Virus record (IMG/VR): IMGVR_UViG_3300042879_001731
DNA from: an uncultured virus (IMG/VR IMGVR_UViG_3300042879_001731)
Lineage: Duplodnaviria; Heunggongvirae; Uroviricota; Caudoviricetes
Direction: 5' to 3' (one strand)
Length of the DNA: 35,579 nucleotides
Shown: positions 10,287 through 19,793 of the stretch, one piece after another
Layout: every line of letters starts with the position of its first letter
Numbering within the stretch: position 1 is the stretch's first letter
Position numbers and translations under genes: made by a program
Notes under the pieces: generated by a model
Databases searched by the model: none
What the model was told of the DNA's origin: nothing
Seen by the model: only the letters and a program-made list of their open reading frames with translations

Positions 10287-10831
10287 ATATTCTGAGTTCT
10301 CATTCTATATAATATACGACCATCAATTCTAAATTCATATTCAGTATCAGGACTGAAAACTACTTGGTCGCCTTCTTGGACGTTTTCTTGGTCGCTATTC
10401 TTATATACCATCGTTCCAAATTGTGCTTCATTTATCTCTCCGGACAATATTTCCTTTTCCTTTGCTTTTATTGGCTCTACAAAACAATATGGCGCAGGTG
10501 CGCACCAATCACAATTGGGCTTTCTATAAAGAAATAACTCTTCAGTAGTGACCATAAATGTATTGTCTCTTAAGAATGACCAAGAACTTTTCTCTCTGCC
10601 CTTCATGTCATAATAAAGTCTAAATACATTATGATGAACTATAACAACATCTCCAGGCTCTATAGGACCATTGTAATAAAGAGGAACAGAAATAACTACT
10701 GCTTGTCTATTAGTTGTAGTATGATCTTCTTTTGATGCAGACAAAATTAATTCATGTCCGTCAAATTCCTTAGTGTTGCTATATCTTTTATCACCAACAG
10801 GTTCTATGATAAAGCAATATGGCGATTGCAT
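10259..10831 (-). CDS. GroES-like co-chaperonin with two apparent tandem GroES-like halves
   Basis: Motifs 'AVVISVP...IEPGDVVIV' and 'GTMVY...VQEGDQVVF...EFRIDGRILYRMR'. Confidence 0.6.
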   Translation of the reverse strand: MQSPYCFIIEPVGDKRYSNTKEFDGHELILSASKEDHTTTNRQAVVISVPLYYNGPIEPGDVVIVHHNVFRLYYDMKGREKSSWSFLRDNTFMVTTEELFLYRKPNCDWCAPAPYCFVEPIKAKEKEILSGEINEAQFGTMVYKNSDQENVQEGDQVVFSPDTEYEFRIDGRILYRMRTQNICLINDKRY

Positions 10832-11043
10832 CAGAAATCTATTTTATATTCAATAGTAATAGGAACATTTGCATTTAAAGACTTCCATCTTAATATCTCA
10901 TCATTTCGTTTTATGTATATAACAAGATGTATATCTTCATATCTTATTGCTTCAATTATATAGCTTTTGTCAAGAACTGACTGACCAACTACATAATGCA
11001 TAGCATTAAGCAAATCATTTCCTATAGATATCTTTCGTATCAT
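10831..11043 (-). CDS. Hypothetical protein
   Basis: 70 aa, overlap-coupled to both neighbours. Confidence 0.7.
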   Translation of the reverse strand: MIRKISIGNDLLNAMHYVVGQSVLDKSYIIEAIRYEDIHLVIYIKRNDEILRWKSLNANVPITIEYKIDF

Positions 11044-11270
11044 TTAAATTTACCAGTAGTAGTATCAATAGATACTTCTCCATATTTAGAAACTAATTCA
11101 TCCTGAAGTTTTTGAAGATTGTTTTCTGTTACATCAAGAACATCTACGCTTCTTTTATAAAACAATGCAGCATCACCAACGCGATTTTTTGCTGTTATAT
11201 AAGCTTCATTCAATCCTTTTAAGCTATTAAACTCTTGTTCAGTAAGTCCTGTGCTTTTTTCTTTTTCCAT
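11040..11270 (-). CDS. Small coiled-coil hypothetical protein
   Basis: 76 aa ending KYGEVSIDTTTGKFK; TATATTTG promoter at 11298-11305. Confidence 0.7.
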   Translation of the reverse strand: MEKEKSTGLTEQEFNSLKGLNEAYITAKNRVGDAALFYKRSVDVLDVTENNLQKLQDELVSKYGEVSIDTTTGKFK

Positions 11271-11325
11271 TTTGATTTGATTTAATTAATAGTGTCGCAA
11301 ATATAGTAGATTTTTGCGACAAAAT

Positions 11326-11352
11326 AAAAAAGGAGAGCTTTATGCCCTCCAA
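11326..11352 (-). terminator. Intrinsic terminator
   Basis: GGAGGGC-ataaa-GCTCTCC followed by a T-run on the minus strand. Confidence 0.65.
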
Positions 11353-11372
11353 TTAAAAACTAATTATTGAAA

Positions 11373-11552
11373 TTATTTTTTCTTTTTTGGCATAACAACC
11401 TTTTTAAGATTTGGATTTTTTGCCTTTGCAGAAGGGCTTGCTTTTCTAGCTCCTACAGCAAGGATAGCTCCAGCCCTTTCCATTCCAATACCTTGTTTAG
11501 CAGCAATTGCTTTTGCAGCTGCCTTAAAACCCATTCCTTTTTTAGCTTTCAT
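11373..11552 (-). CDS. Small K/A-rich basic protein (59 aa, not in ORF track)
   Basis: MKAKKGMGFKAAAKAIAAKQGIGMERAGAILAVGARKASPSAKAKNPNLKKVVMPKKKK, followed by a terminator. Confidence 0.75.
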   Translation of the reverse strand: MKAKKGMGFKAAAKAIAAKQGIGMERAGAILAVGARKASPSAKAKNPNLKKVVMPKKKK

Positions 11553-11967
11553 ATACTCGTATTTCTATAAATTGATTTGTTAAAAAACCATCATCTTGAC
11601 CACCATCGTCATAAACTAATAATGATATATAATTATTTGTTTTTGAATATTGAAATGTAGTAGTTCCATTTGGACATATAATGACAGCTACATCTTCTAC
11701 AAAAGCACCTTCCAAAGTTCCTAAATAACTGCCTAATCCAATTCTACTCCATACAATATTTCCTACTGTATTTAATCCTATCACATTTGCTGTTGGTGCA
11801 TCTGTTCCTGACTGAGTCAAGAAAGCTCTATACACCTTCATGTTTGCATTAAGTTCAGCTATAGATTCAGGAGACACGTTTTTTGTCTTCCCCGTTTCAC
11901 CATCTGAAGCTAATATCTTGTCGTTTACTTTTAACGAAGATACTGTATAACTATTAATATTTGCCAT
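11542..11967 (-). CDS. Putative structural protein, paralog of 795..1415
   Basis: KVYRAFLTQSGTDAPTA...IEIRVY; promoter TATCTTTG at 11972-11979. Confidence 0.7.
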   Translation of the reverse strand: MANINSYTVSSLKVNDKILASDGETGKTKNVSPESIAELNANMKVYRAFLTQSGTDAPTANVIGLNTVGNIVWSRIGLGSYLGTLEGAFVEDVAVIICPNGTTTFQYSKTNNYISLLVYDDGGQDDGFLTNQFIEIRVYES

Positions 11968-11987
11968 AATGCAAAGATAATTAAAAA

Positions 11988-12125
11988 TTACCTACCTTGA
12001 GATCTATATGATTTCTTATAGTTCTTAGAAGACTTTAATTTTGATGCCTTACTTTTAGAGTGAACTCCTGGTCTTTTAACACTCTTCTTGACCAATGATT
12101 TTACTGAATCTAATTTCTTGCTCAT
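11988..12125 (-). CDS. Small basic protein (45 aa, not in ORF track)
   Basis: MSKKLDSVKSLVKKSVKRPGVHSKSKASKLKSSKNYKKSYRSQGR; ATGA overlap with the endolysin gene. Confidence 0.7.
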   Translation of the reverse strand: MSKKLDSVKSLVKKSVKRPGVHSKSKASKLKSSKNYKKSYRSQGR

Positions 12126-12691
12126 GGTCTAAATGTTTTTACATAATCAGCTAGACGATTTAACCATCCGCGCAAAAATTTATTGTTCTTAGTTCCAGGG
12201 CGGCCTATATATTCGAAGAACCTCTTTCTCTCTGCAACTAAAGCATCAAATATCTTTCGAGACTCAATACTATTTGCAGCTGCTATAGTCTTATTTCCTA
12301 GAATACCATCCTTGTCCACAGCCACTCCGCAATTTATAATTGCCTGTTGCAAAGACTTAACGGCCTGACTCTTTCCACTTCCCCAAGCCATACCTGTCAC
12401 AAATATCGCTACATTTTGTGACTTGAACTCATCCCCTCTAACTGTATTCCAATATAACGTCTTGAATACATTCCACCAGTCCTCAGCATTCATAGCGAAA
12501 AAACGAGCGTCATTATTCTTTCCATACATACTCTTCCATACAGCATATGTAATACCTACGTTAGTGTGCCATCCTGTAAGACCTTTATGTGGTGTTGGGC
12601 ATGGAGTTTTTGACGCACTATCTGCCTTATCTCTTGATAGTCCACCTTCGTGTCTCTTTGTAAATTCTACGTATTTTTCAATTAAACTCAT
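12122..12691 (-). CDS. Endolysin, glycoside hydrolase family 108 with C-terminal peptidoglycan-binding domain
   Basis: N-terminal HEGG...D...TNVGIT motif and C-terminal KFLRGWLNRL. Confidence 0.85.
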   Translation of the reverse strand: MSLIEKYVEFTKRHEGGLSRDKADSASKTPCPTPHKGLTGWHTNVGITYAVWKSMYGKNNDARFFAMNAEDWWNVFKTLYWNTVRGDEFKSQNVAIFVTGMAWGSGKSQAVKSLQQAIINCGVAVDKDGILGNKTIAAANSIESRKIFDALVAERKRFFEYIGRPGTKNNKFLRGWLNRLADYVKTFRP

Positions 12692-13224
12692 AACTTAGGA
12701 TACAATTTAATTATTACATAAACAACAGATAAAACAACCAATAGCCAAAGTAGATTCTTTACAAAGCTTACCGGACTGTTTTTCCTATTTGTCTTTTGCT
12801 CATGCTTTACCTGCTTTGTTTTATACTTAAGTGCTTGCTTTAACCTTGCACTTTGTAGCTCATACAATTCTCGAATGTGGCTCAATGAATCTCTATATCT
12901 AAGTCTTTCTTGTCTTGACATTGGAACATATATCTTCTGAGTGATAACGTAAGGTATACTGTCAATAGCATGGCGCGTAATAGTGATAGTATTTGTCTTT
13001 TCGTTGTATATAGTATCAATATCATATATATACTTATATAAAGTATCTGGTTTTATAATAGCTCCTTTCTCTATAGCTTTTTTTATATGTTTATCAGCAG
13101 CTTTTAAATGATGTGTTACTGTGCATCTAGACATTAAAAACATCATATAGAATAAAAATGACATCCATAAAATAGATGCTATAAACATTCTAATAAAATT
13201 TATTTTATAATCTTTTTGCTCCAT
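12688..13224 (-). CDS. Putative unimolecular spanin (likely start MEQKDY at 13224)
   Basis: N-terminal hydrophobic segment ending LMSRC (lipobox-like) plus a C-terminal TM helix; lies between holin and endolysin. Confidence 0.55.
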   Translation of the reverse strand: MEQKDYKINFIRMFIASILWMSFLFYMMFLMSRCTVTHHLKAADKHIKKAIEKGAIIKPDTLYKYIYDIDTIYNEKTNTITITRHAIDSIPYVITQKIYVPMSRQERLRYRDSLSHIRELYELQSARLKQALKYKTKQVKHEQKTNRKNSPVSFVKNLLWLLVVLSVVYVIIKLYPKL

Positions 13225-13433
13225 GCATCTGTTATTTTTATACCTGTAGCTACAACTACAAGTGTAACCCATATGTCAAACTGCATACCTCTTTTAAAAA
13301 AATCAAATAATGACATGAAGACAACAACTATCCATGCCGAAAACATAGTTAATGATGTACGTGACCACTTACCATCTTTCTTTAGTGTGTCATTCAAAAC
13401 GTCCGAAATAAATGACGCTATTAAGACAAACAT
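13200..13433 (-). CDS. Putative holin
   Basis: 77 aa, two TM segments, basic C-terminus, in the lysis cassette. Confidence 0.6.
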   Translation of the reverse strand: MFVLIASFISDVLNDTLKKDGKWSRTSLTMFSAWIVVVFMSLFDFFKRGMQFDIWVTLVVVATGIKITDAWSKKIIK

Positions 13434-13687
13434 TTAATCTTAAGTTTTTCCGGAAGTATAGCTAGAACTGGGTGTTCATATATATATTTTCTCTGTATTA
13501 ATTCAGAATGGATAACTTGCGCCTTATCATTTAGACAATCATACAAATTGCTTTCAACTCTTTCTAATTTCTCTTCAACTTTATCAAGTCTATTAGAGAA
13601 AAAATTATACATCAGAAATATAAAAATAGTCAATACGGATACAACACCATGTTTTTTAATTGATTCAGTTGCAGATATTGGATCCAT
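13421..13687 (-). CDS. Single-TM coiled-coil protein (holin- or antiholin-like)
   Basis: N-terminal TM plus coiled coil; first gene after the promoter at 13692-13699. Confidence 0.55.
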   Translation of the reverse strand: MDPISATESIKKHGVVSVLTIFIFLMYNFFSNRLDKVEEKLERVESNLYDCLNDKAQVIHSELIQRKYIYEHPVLAILPEKLKIKCLS

Positions 13688-13705
13688 GACACAAAGATAA
13701 AAAAA

Positions 13706-13942
13706 TTAATTTAATGGTGGTATTTCAATATCAAATATTTCAGGTGTACCTAATACTACATCAAGTGAATCATCATATCTTATATACCAAAAAATAGGAT
13801 CATTAAATTCAGCCATTTGATAATCAACCCAATTTTGTGTAACATCATCTGTAGAAACAGGAATTCCATAATAAGCATCACACGCTTCTCTTGCATCAAT
13901 AACTGCTTGTTCTGTGTAGTATTTATAGCCTGTAATTTCCAT
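13706..13942 (-). CDS. Small acidic tail-associated hypothetical protein
   Basis: 78 aa, coupled to the upstream gene. Confidence 0.6.
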   Translation of the reverse strand: MEITGYKYYTEQAVIDAREACDAYYGIPVSTDDVTQNWVDYQMAEFNDPIFWYIRYDDSLDVVLGTPEIFDIEIPPLN

Positions 13943-14763
13943 TAGTAGATTGAATAGAATGTGTTAATATTACTATTTATTCCTGAACGATTAGAGGATT
14001 GGTCTGAATTGTAAATTATTATTTCTTGAAATGAACCGCCATATTCATATCCACTATATTTACCAATATTAAAAGCACTCCAGGGACCAGTTAAATTAGT
14101 TCTAAAGTTTTCGTGACCTACTAATTTATAACCATTCAAAGCAGTATATACGTTATCTCTTGTTGTAGGTGATTGTAAAGCATTGTTTACATAAAGTGCT
14201 GGTGTAGAATCGGGATTGTAAAATAAATTTGTACTTGCGCTTCCGCTTTGTGCAACATAACCATAAGAATTATTCCCTCCAAAATCATCAGGATATAACC
14301 AAGAAGTATCTGAATCATTATTTGTAATAAAATAAATATCTCTTCTTGTTGCCGTAGGTATAGCAGCAGTCATCCATTTAGTGCTTACCCAAGATATTTT
14401 AGGTTTTGAAGATTGTGTTAATATAGTTCCACTTGATACAATTTGAGGCTGACTTATAGCAGTGGTTTGTGTCAAATTTTTAGCGTTACCACTTTGGTCG
14501 TACCAAGTAGTTACAAAGCCATTATTTGCACCTACAAATGTAGTCAGTGCTGATTCATCTAATAGATTACCAGCAGTATATCCTATATCTTGCTCTGTGT
14601 TGTCTGAGCTTCTACGAACACGAATTAATGATCCAGTATAAGTAGATGATAATCTTCTTGTAACTGAATACGCACCAGCAGCTCCTGTGTATGTGTCAAG
14701 CAAAAAGCTAAATGCAGGAATACTCGTAGGTCTTGCCGTTATGCCGTGTGTACTTACAAACAT
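13942..14763 (-). CDS. Tail-associated ConA/LamG-like protein (arabinofuranosidase-B catalytic-like domain)
   Basis: AYSxxRRLxxxYTGxLIRVRRSSDNxEQDIG...GFVTTWYDQSGN motif. Confidence 0.65.
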   Translation of the reverse strand: MFVSTHGITARPTSIPAFSFLLDTYTGAAGAYSVTRRLSSTYTGSLIRVRRSSDNTEQDIGYTAGNLLDESALTTFVGANNGFVTTWYDQSGNAKNLTQTTAISQPQIVSSGTILTQSSKPKISWVSTKWMTAAIPTATRRDIYFITNNDSDTSWLYPDDFGGNNSYGYVAQSGSASTNLFYNPDSTPALYVNNALQSPTTRDNVYTALNGYKLVGHENFRTNLTGPWSAFNIGKYSGYEYGGSFQEIIIYNSDQSSNRSGINSNINTFYSIY

Positions 14764-14765
14764 AC

Positions 14766-15104
14766 TTACGTTGTTATATCACCTGCTAAATACCACTCGT
14801 TTGTTCCTCTCTTTATAAGAGTAGCTAAACCATATTGTGCAGCAATCTTTGTTTTACCACCACTTGAACGTAATGTAACTCCAGTGTCAGGTACAATAGT
14901 AGTCTGTCCTGCACCATATTGAGCAATCAATATTTGAGAACCAATAGGAAATGGAACAGCTGTATTTGTAGGAATAGTTAAATTATTAGCTGTAGCTACA
15001 TTCATCTCTACAATAGTGTCGCTTGTCTGATCATTTGCAGCAAGTGTATAACTTGCAGTCTGTGTGTCAAATGCTAAAATAGCATTATAATATGTACCTG
15101 CCAT
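14766..15104 (-). CDS. Tail fibre-associated small beta-domain protein
   Basis: TASYTL..D...TIP...FPIG.QI...Q.GAGQ.TI...LIKRGTNEWYLAGD, a common fibre C-terminal module. Confidence 0.65.
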   Translation of the reverse strand: MAGTYYNAILAFDTQTASYTLAANDQTSDTIVEMNVATANNLTIPTNTAVPFPIGSQILIAQYGAGQTTIVPDTGVTLRSSGGKTKIAAQYGLATLIKRGTNEWYLAGDITT

Positions 15105-15107
15105 GTG

Positions 15108-15398
15108 TTATGCGTTTTGTATTTCTTCTACTAATTGATATATCAATGCTGAATCCAACTCTGAATACTCAACTCTGAAATATCCATCTATTGCGCTGTA
15201 ACTTCCAAAGATGTTGTTTAGTATAGTCACGTTTTGATAGTCAGTTCCTGCCGTATTTCCTTCGGGTTTCAAAGCATATACCATATCAACTACCGCTTGT
15301 GCTGATGGGCATAGTTCAGTTGCTACTTTAATGTTCTCGGTGTCCGTGATTACTTGGCATTCTCCGTAGCTAAAGATGTGTAAAGTGTTGTAGTTCAT
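15108..15398 (-). CDS. Hypothetical protein, possibly a fibre chaperone
   Basis: 96 aa acidic ORF directly after the tail fibre gene. Confidence 0.6.
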   Translation of the reverse strand: MNYNTLHIFSYGECQVITDTENIKVATELCPSAQAVVDMVYALKPEGNTAGTDYQNVTILNNIFGSYSAIDGYFRVEYSELDSALIYQLVEEIQNA

Positions 15399-15408
15399 AT
15401 TTTATTTA

Positions 15409-18297
15409 TTAAGCGTAAATAACCTCTGTTGTTTCTATTGTGCAAGTCCACTGGATGTTAGTAGTTGCCGCACCTATAACTTGCACTCTCAATCCTCCGT
15501 TTGTAGTATCAGCGGCAAGTGTTGGCGTACCCCATGCAGGAGTATTTGAAACTAAGTTTACATTTGATACTACCAGTGTAGTTGCAGCAGCGTTTGCTCC
15601 TCTTACAATAAGTCCATCAACATCCCATGCAGCTATATTTGTGCTTCCTGATTGTTTACCTATGATAGTTCCTTTGAATCTATATGCTGATTGATTAGAT
15701 AGAATTACTTGGTTGTTTGTAGATGCTGCTGCATTTGAATCTGTAGTGATAGTTGTAGCTGTATTTCCAGTAGTTCTTTCTCTTAAAATAAATTTAGATG
15801 CTTGTGAGTCACCTTGAGTTGCTTCAACACCTGCCGAATGTGCTTGCCTTCCTGAAATTCCAAAAGTATGTGAATTGGCTCCAGTAGCAACAGAATGCCT
15901 ACCACTCGCAATATTACCAGGACCTATAGCTAAAGAATAGTCCCCACTTGCAGTTGCACCTCCTGAAGCAAAAGATGATTCCCCTGATGCAGTTGTTGCG
16001 CCATAATTATAGCCCCCGATAGAAACTGAATTTAATGCTGTAGCATCAACTCTTGAACCTGATGCAAAACTATTACTACCTGTTGCTGTTGTCCAACTAC
16101 CAATGGCAACTGAAGAACCACCTGATGAAATAGAACCACTTCCCCCAAGTCCAACTGCAAATGAATTGGCATTTGTTGCTCTTGCATTTTCACCGATAAC
16201 AATAGATGATGCTCCACTAGCTACATCAGCAGCATTTGTTCTTTTTGTTGATAAATCTAACGCATTTGCACCCCTTTTATTACCTCCTGTTACAGTGTTA
16301 TCAGGTATTGCAGCAATGATTGCTCCTGTACCTTTTGGTCTAATAGCAAAATCTGCGTTTGTTGTTGCTGTTACAGGAGTTAATGAATTAACAGCTACCG
16401 TTGCGTTGGGTGCTGCTGTGTTTTCTGCCTCAGTAAATTCTGTTAGACCTCCTGCATATTGAGGAATATTTAAAGTACTTCCTATTAATGTAGCTGCTCC
16501 AGAAGTTCCTGTTGTGGTTAACGAAGTTACTGTACCAACGCTCCAAGTTCTATCTGCTGATAAATCTTGGGTTATTCCATTAATTGTTATATTTCGTGAT
16601 GCCGGAGCAGATATTATCTCATAAAACACTATGTTAGTTGTGCCAACAGCCGTACTTGATAAAGAAGCTAAATTAGTAGAATACCTTGCTCCGTATTTAG
16701 TGCTAGATGGATTGTTTACCTTCCATTCTCTTTCTAGCATTGTAAAATTACCTCCTGAAGCATCAACACGAGTAAGCCTCCATCTAGATGTAGCACTTCC
16801 AGCAGAAGATACAACATACACGCCATTGTGCGCTTGGTTTACTTGATCTTTAACAAGAAGTCTTCTTCCGTTTGTTAAAGTAAAACCATTAATAGTTCCT
16901 AATGCTCCGTTTACAGTTGCTTGTAAATATGCACCCGATCCAGGAACTGAAGGATTTGTTCCGCTAGTATATGTGCAACTAGGTAAAGCGGCAGAAGTTG
17001 CTGTGTCTACATGGAGCACAGGTGTATTTGTAATTCCAATTGCAGTAGTTGTGAATACAATATTGCTTGTTCCCAAAACTGGATCTGCAGTTTTTTGCAA
17101 GAAAACAACATTTGAAAGAGATGCCCCTCCAAAAACATTTACCTGCAATGGATACAATTCATCTTGAGTATCAGCATCTGTTGCTCTTGTAAGAATAAAA
17201 GGTTGCGTAGGACTTCCTAATTGCGTAACTAAATATAAACCATTTTGAGTTTGATTTGCCTGGTTTTTAACTAGTATAATCTGATTAAGTGCCGTTACAA
17301 CATTATCTATTCTATCAGTAAAAGAAATTGTTGATAGTTGACCATTTGAATTTCCAGTAAGTGTAGCACCTACACCTAGTGTGCCGTTATTGTATGTACA
17401 TGGTTTTAATGCCTCGGTAGTGCCTAAGTCAGCAAATAAAACTACTTGAGGAGTAGGGGTACTGCTTGGAGCTTCATTTTTCCAAAGACCAGATATGCTG
17501 TCATATGTAAGAACCTCTCCATCTGAAGGAGCAACTGTAATAATGTCTACATCATTAAGATCATTAAGGCCTATTGTCTGAAGCTCCCAAATAGCTGCTG
17601 TAGATGTATTGTCTGTACAAACATAAACATCACCATTGTCTAATACCCATCTCGAACCAATAGTAAAACCTTTTGTTACGTCATCAGAACTAGAAGGTGA
17701 ATACCCAAATGTATATCTAACCTCTCTAATTTGTGTGCCTCCGTCATTCATTATATATAAACGACCAGCTTCCCACTTCATCTCATAACCTACACCACAA
17801 ATTTGAGCAATACCCTTATTACCACCATATCCAGCGTCAATACTTCCTTCTCTTAATCTTGAACTGTTATTTAACAAGATACCAACTCCACTATCAAACT
17901 GAATGTCATTATCAGTAGTATTGCCTGAATCAGTTACCTGCTGCAATGTAGGAATGGGTTTCTCTGAATTGTCAATCTTCTGCCATGTAGATGATCCAAA
18001 TATAATCCAGTCGTTAATATCCCAATCAGATATACCGTCAATACTTGTACTTCCTGGTGTTCCTACAACATAATAATCTCCAGGAGATCCAACTCCAGAA
18101 GAAATACTAGGAGAATTTGTACTAGCATCCCATAAGCCCAAATAGTTAAGCCCTCCAGTTCCAGCCGAAAGATATGATGCTCCATTCCAAGAATAAATAA
18201 ACCCTGTGTCCCTATCTACATACAGTAAGTCTTTAGATCCACTAGTAGGAAATGATGCAAGATCTGCATAGAAATATATATCTTTTCTTAAGTCCAT
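15409..18297 (-). CDS. Tail fibre / receptor-binding protein
   Basis: 962 aa, T/G/S/A-rich. Two internal copies of an LVKxQxNQxxNGxYxV..GS...LTR module, and YadA-head-like ASGxxSxAxG repeats. Confidence 0.8.
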   Translation of the reverse strand: MDLRKDIYFYADLASFPTSGSKDLLYVDRDTGFIYSWNGASYLSAGTGGLNYLGLWDASTNSPSISSGVGSPGDYYVVGTPGSTSIDGISDWDINDWIIFGSSTWQKIDNSEKPIPTLQQVTDSGNTTDNDIQFDSGVGILLNNSSRLREGSIDAGYGGNKGIAQICGVGYEMKWEAGRLYIMNDGGTQIREVRYTFGYSPSSSDDVTKGFTIGSRWVLDNGDVYVCTDNTSTAAIWELQTIGLNDLNDVDIITVAPSDGEVLTYDSISGLWKNEAPSSTPTPQVVLFADLGTTEALKPCTYNNGTLGVGATLTGNSNGQLSTISFTDRIDNVVTALNQIILVKNQANQTQNGLYLVTQLGSPTQPFILTRATDADTQDELYPLQVNVFGGASLSNVVFLQKTADPVLGTSNIVFTTTAIGITNTPVLHVDTATSAALPSCTYTSGTNPSVPGSGAYLQATVNGALGTINGFTLTNGRRLLVKDQVNQAHNGVYVVSSAGSATSRWRLTRVDASGGNFTMLEREWKVNNPSSTKYGARYSTNLASLSSTAVGTTNIVFYEIISAPASRNITINGITQDLSADRTWSVGTVTSLTTTGTSGAATLIGSTLNIPQYAGGLTEFTEAENTAAPNATVAVNSLTPVTATTNADFAIRPKGTGAIIAAIPDNTVTGGNKRGANALDLSTKRTNAADVASGASSIVIGENARATNANSFAVGLGGSGSISSGGSSVAIGSWTTATGSNSFASGSRVDATALNSVSIGGYNYGATTASGESSFASGGATASGDYSLAIGPGNIASGRHSVATGANSHTFGISGRQAHSAGVEATQGDSQASKFILRERTTGNTATTITTDSNAAASTNNQVILSNQSAYRFKGTIIGKQSGSTNIAAWDVDGLIVRGANAAATTLVVSNVNLVSNTPAWGTPTLAADTTNGGLRVQVIGAATTNIQWTCTIETTEVIYA

Positions 18298-18298
18298 C

Positions 18299-18652
18299 TT
18301 ATTTAGATATTACAAATGAAATATATCCAGTTGTTGAAGCTGCATTATAAACCAATTTCATATATCTAACTGGCATAATCATGTCGTATATGATCCAATT
18401 GTTGTAATCAGACATATCCATGGCAATTGTACTAGGACTATATGGAACATATTCTCCATCTAATGTGTTTGACACTAGTATGTCCATTGTCGCACCATTA
18501 AAAGATGCATCATTAAATGTAGTTTGTAAAGACCAATCCTTTAGACTCATTGGAAACTCAATAAAATCAGTTGTGAAACTTACACTTGCATCATACAAAG
18601 TAACTGGTACTGTATTTACTGTTGGAATAAATTGTTCCTTTTGTGCTATCAT
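18299..18652 (-). CDS. Hypothetical beta-rich virion protein
   Basis: 117 aa adjacent to the tail fibre gene. Confidence 0.6.
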   Translation of the reverse strand: MIAQKEQFIPTVNTVPVTLYDASVSFTTDFIEFPMSLKDWSLQTTFNDASFNGATMDILVSNTLDGEYVPYSPSTIAMDMSDYNNWIIYDMIMPVRYMKLVYNAASTTGYISFVISK

Positions 18653-18657
18653 TTTTT

Positions 18658-18903
18658 CTACTTTTTAAGCGCACCGCCTCTAGCGCGATTCTGTTTTCTA
18701 TGCTCTTTAACTATTTTTCCATTCTTATGACTAGCATCTATAGGGCTTCCTTTAGGTATGCCTAATTCCTTTCTAGCCTTATTTGCCTCAGCCCTTTTTC
18801 TTTTAGCTTCAGGTTTAGCAGCTGCCTTTTTAGATGTCTCTCGGTGCTTAATTCTAGCATCCGGATTTTCTTTATAATACTTAGCTGTTCTTCCCAGTGC
18901 CAT
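18658..18903 (-). CDS. Small basic protein with a degenerate HNH-like tail
   Basis: K/R-rich; DASHKNG......NRARGG. Confidence 0.6.
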   Translation of the reverse strand: MALGRTAKYYKENPDARIKHRETSKKAAAKPEAKRKRAEANKARKELGIPKGSPIDASHKNGKIVKEHRKQNRARGGALKK

Positions 18904-19090
18904 ACAACATTTTATTAATAAACAAATCAGGATTATTCAAGTCTTCCTTTCTCTTTTCACAAGGCCTACAAGGTTGATTAATATCTCCATTCTGTATAGC
19001 GTTAGCTATATAATGAACTCCAGTTGTCTTCAATACAGACTCAATCGTATCTCCAACTCCCTTATGTCTCTTAATCAATCTGATTTGCAT
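18881..19090 (-). CDS. Hypothetical protein (likely start MQIRL at 19090)
   Basis: GVGDTIE...TG...CxPCEKRKEDLN; TATCTTTG promoter at 19099-19106. Confidence 0.65.
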   Translation of the reverse strand: MQIRLIKRHKGVGDTIESVLKTTGVHYIANAIQNGDINQPCRPCEKRKEDLNNPDLFINKMLYGTGKNS

Positions 19091-19120
19091 ATCAGATGCA
19101 AAGATAGTAATTTTAGCAAC

Positions 19121-19606
19121 ATGAAAATAGTTAAACAATTACAAAGAAATTATATAAGAAGAGAGCCTAAATCAGATTTTCTTAAATGGTGGAGAGTAAT
19201 AAGAAGATATACATGCATACGATATGATATCACATCGCCAGATCTTGATATAATACTATATTTATACTCTGAAGGTTTATTTAATTATTGGGATTTTACA
19301 AAATATGCCAACTGTTTTGGATGGGATAGACATAGATTTACTAGACTTAAAGAAAATGGATGGATACATGTATGGAGCAAAAAGAAAGATAGCGAGTATA
19401 AGCTATATGAACTTACAAGACACGGAAGACACGTGTGCACCAATCTGTACAAGATGCTTAACTATCAAATCGAGATACCGGAACACCCAACAAATAATCC
19501 AATAATGAAAAAAAGGACCTTCTCAGAGAAAGTCCTAGCATTAAGTATTAAACAGTTTAATGAGGAAGTTAGAAAACAAAATCCTAAAAGAAGGATAGAT
19601 TATTAA
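19121..19606 (+). CDS. Winged-helix (MarR-like) DNA-binding protein (likely start MKIVKQ at 19121)
   Basis: ITSPDLDIILYLY...FTRLKENGWI......LYELTRHGR wHTH pattern; the only credible plus-strand gene in the late arm. Confidence 0.65.
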   Translation: MKIVKQLQRNYIRREPKSDFLKWWRVIRRYTCIRYDITSPDLDIILYLYSEGLFNYWDFTKYANCFGWDRHRFTRLKENGWIHVWSKKKDSEYKLYELTRHGRHVCTNLYKMLNYQIEIPEHPTNNPIMKKRTFSEKVLALSIKQFNEEVRKQNPKRRIDY

Positions 19607-19770
19607 CGCTTACGGCCAAATTTAAGTTTTGGCATATTTTCTTCAAGTTTCTTTTTAAGCATATACTCGTCAACCTCTTCGGCCATGTCTTTCATCTTTT
19701 CTTGCTCCTTTTTTATTCGGATCAATTTTTCGATGCCAGTCTCTACTATGTAAAATTGTTTGTTTTTCAT
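19603..19770 (-). CDS. Small hypothetical protein (55 aa, not in ORF track)
   Basis: MKNKQFYIVETGIEKLIRIKKEQEKMKDMAEEV...; TAAATTTG 5 nt upstream of the ATG. Confidence 0.6.
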   Translation of the reverse strand: MKNKQFYIVETGIEKLIRIKKEQEKMKDMAEEVDEYMLKKKLEENMPKLKFGRKR

Positions 19771-19793
19771 AATTGCAAATTTACCAAAAAAAA

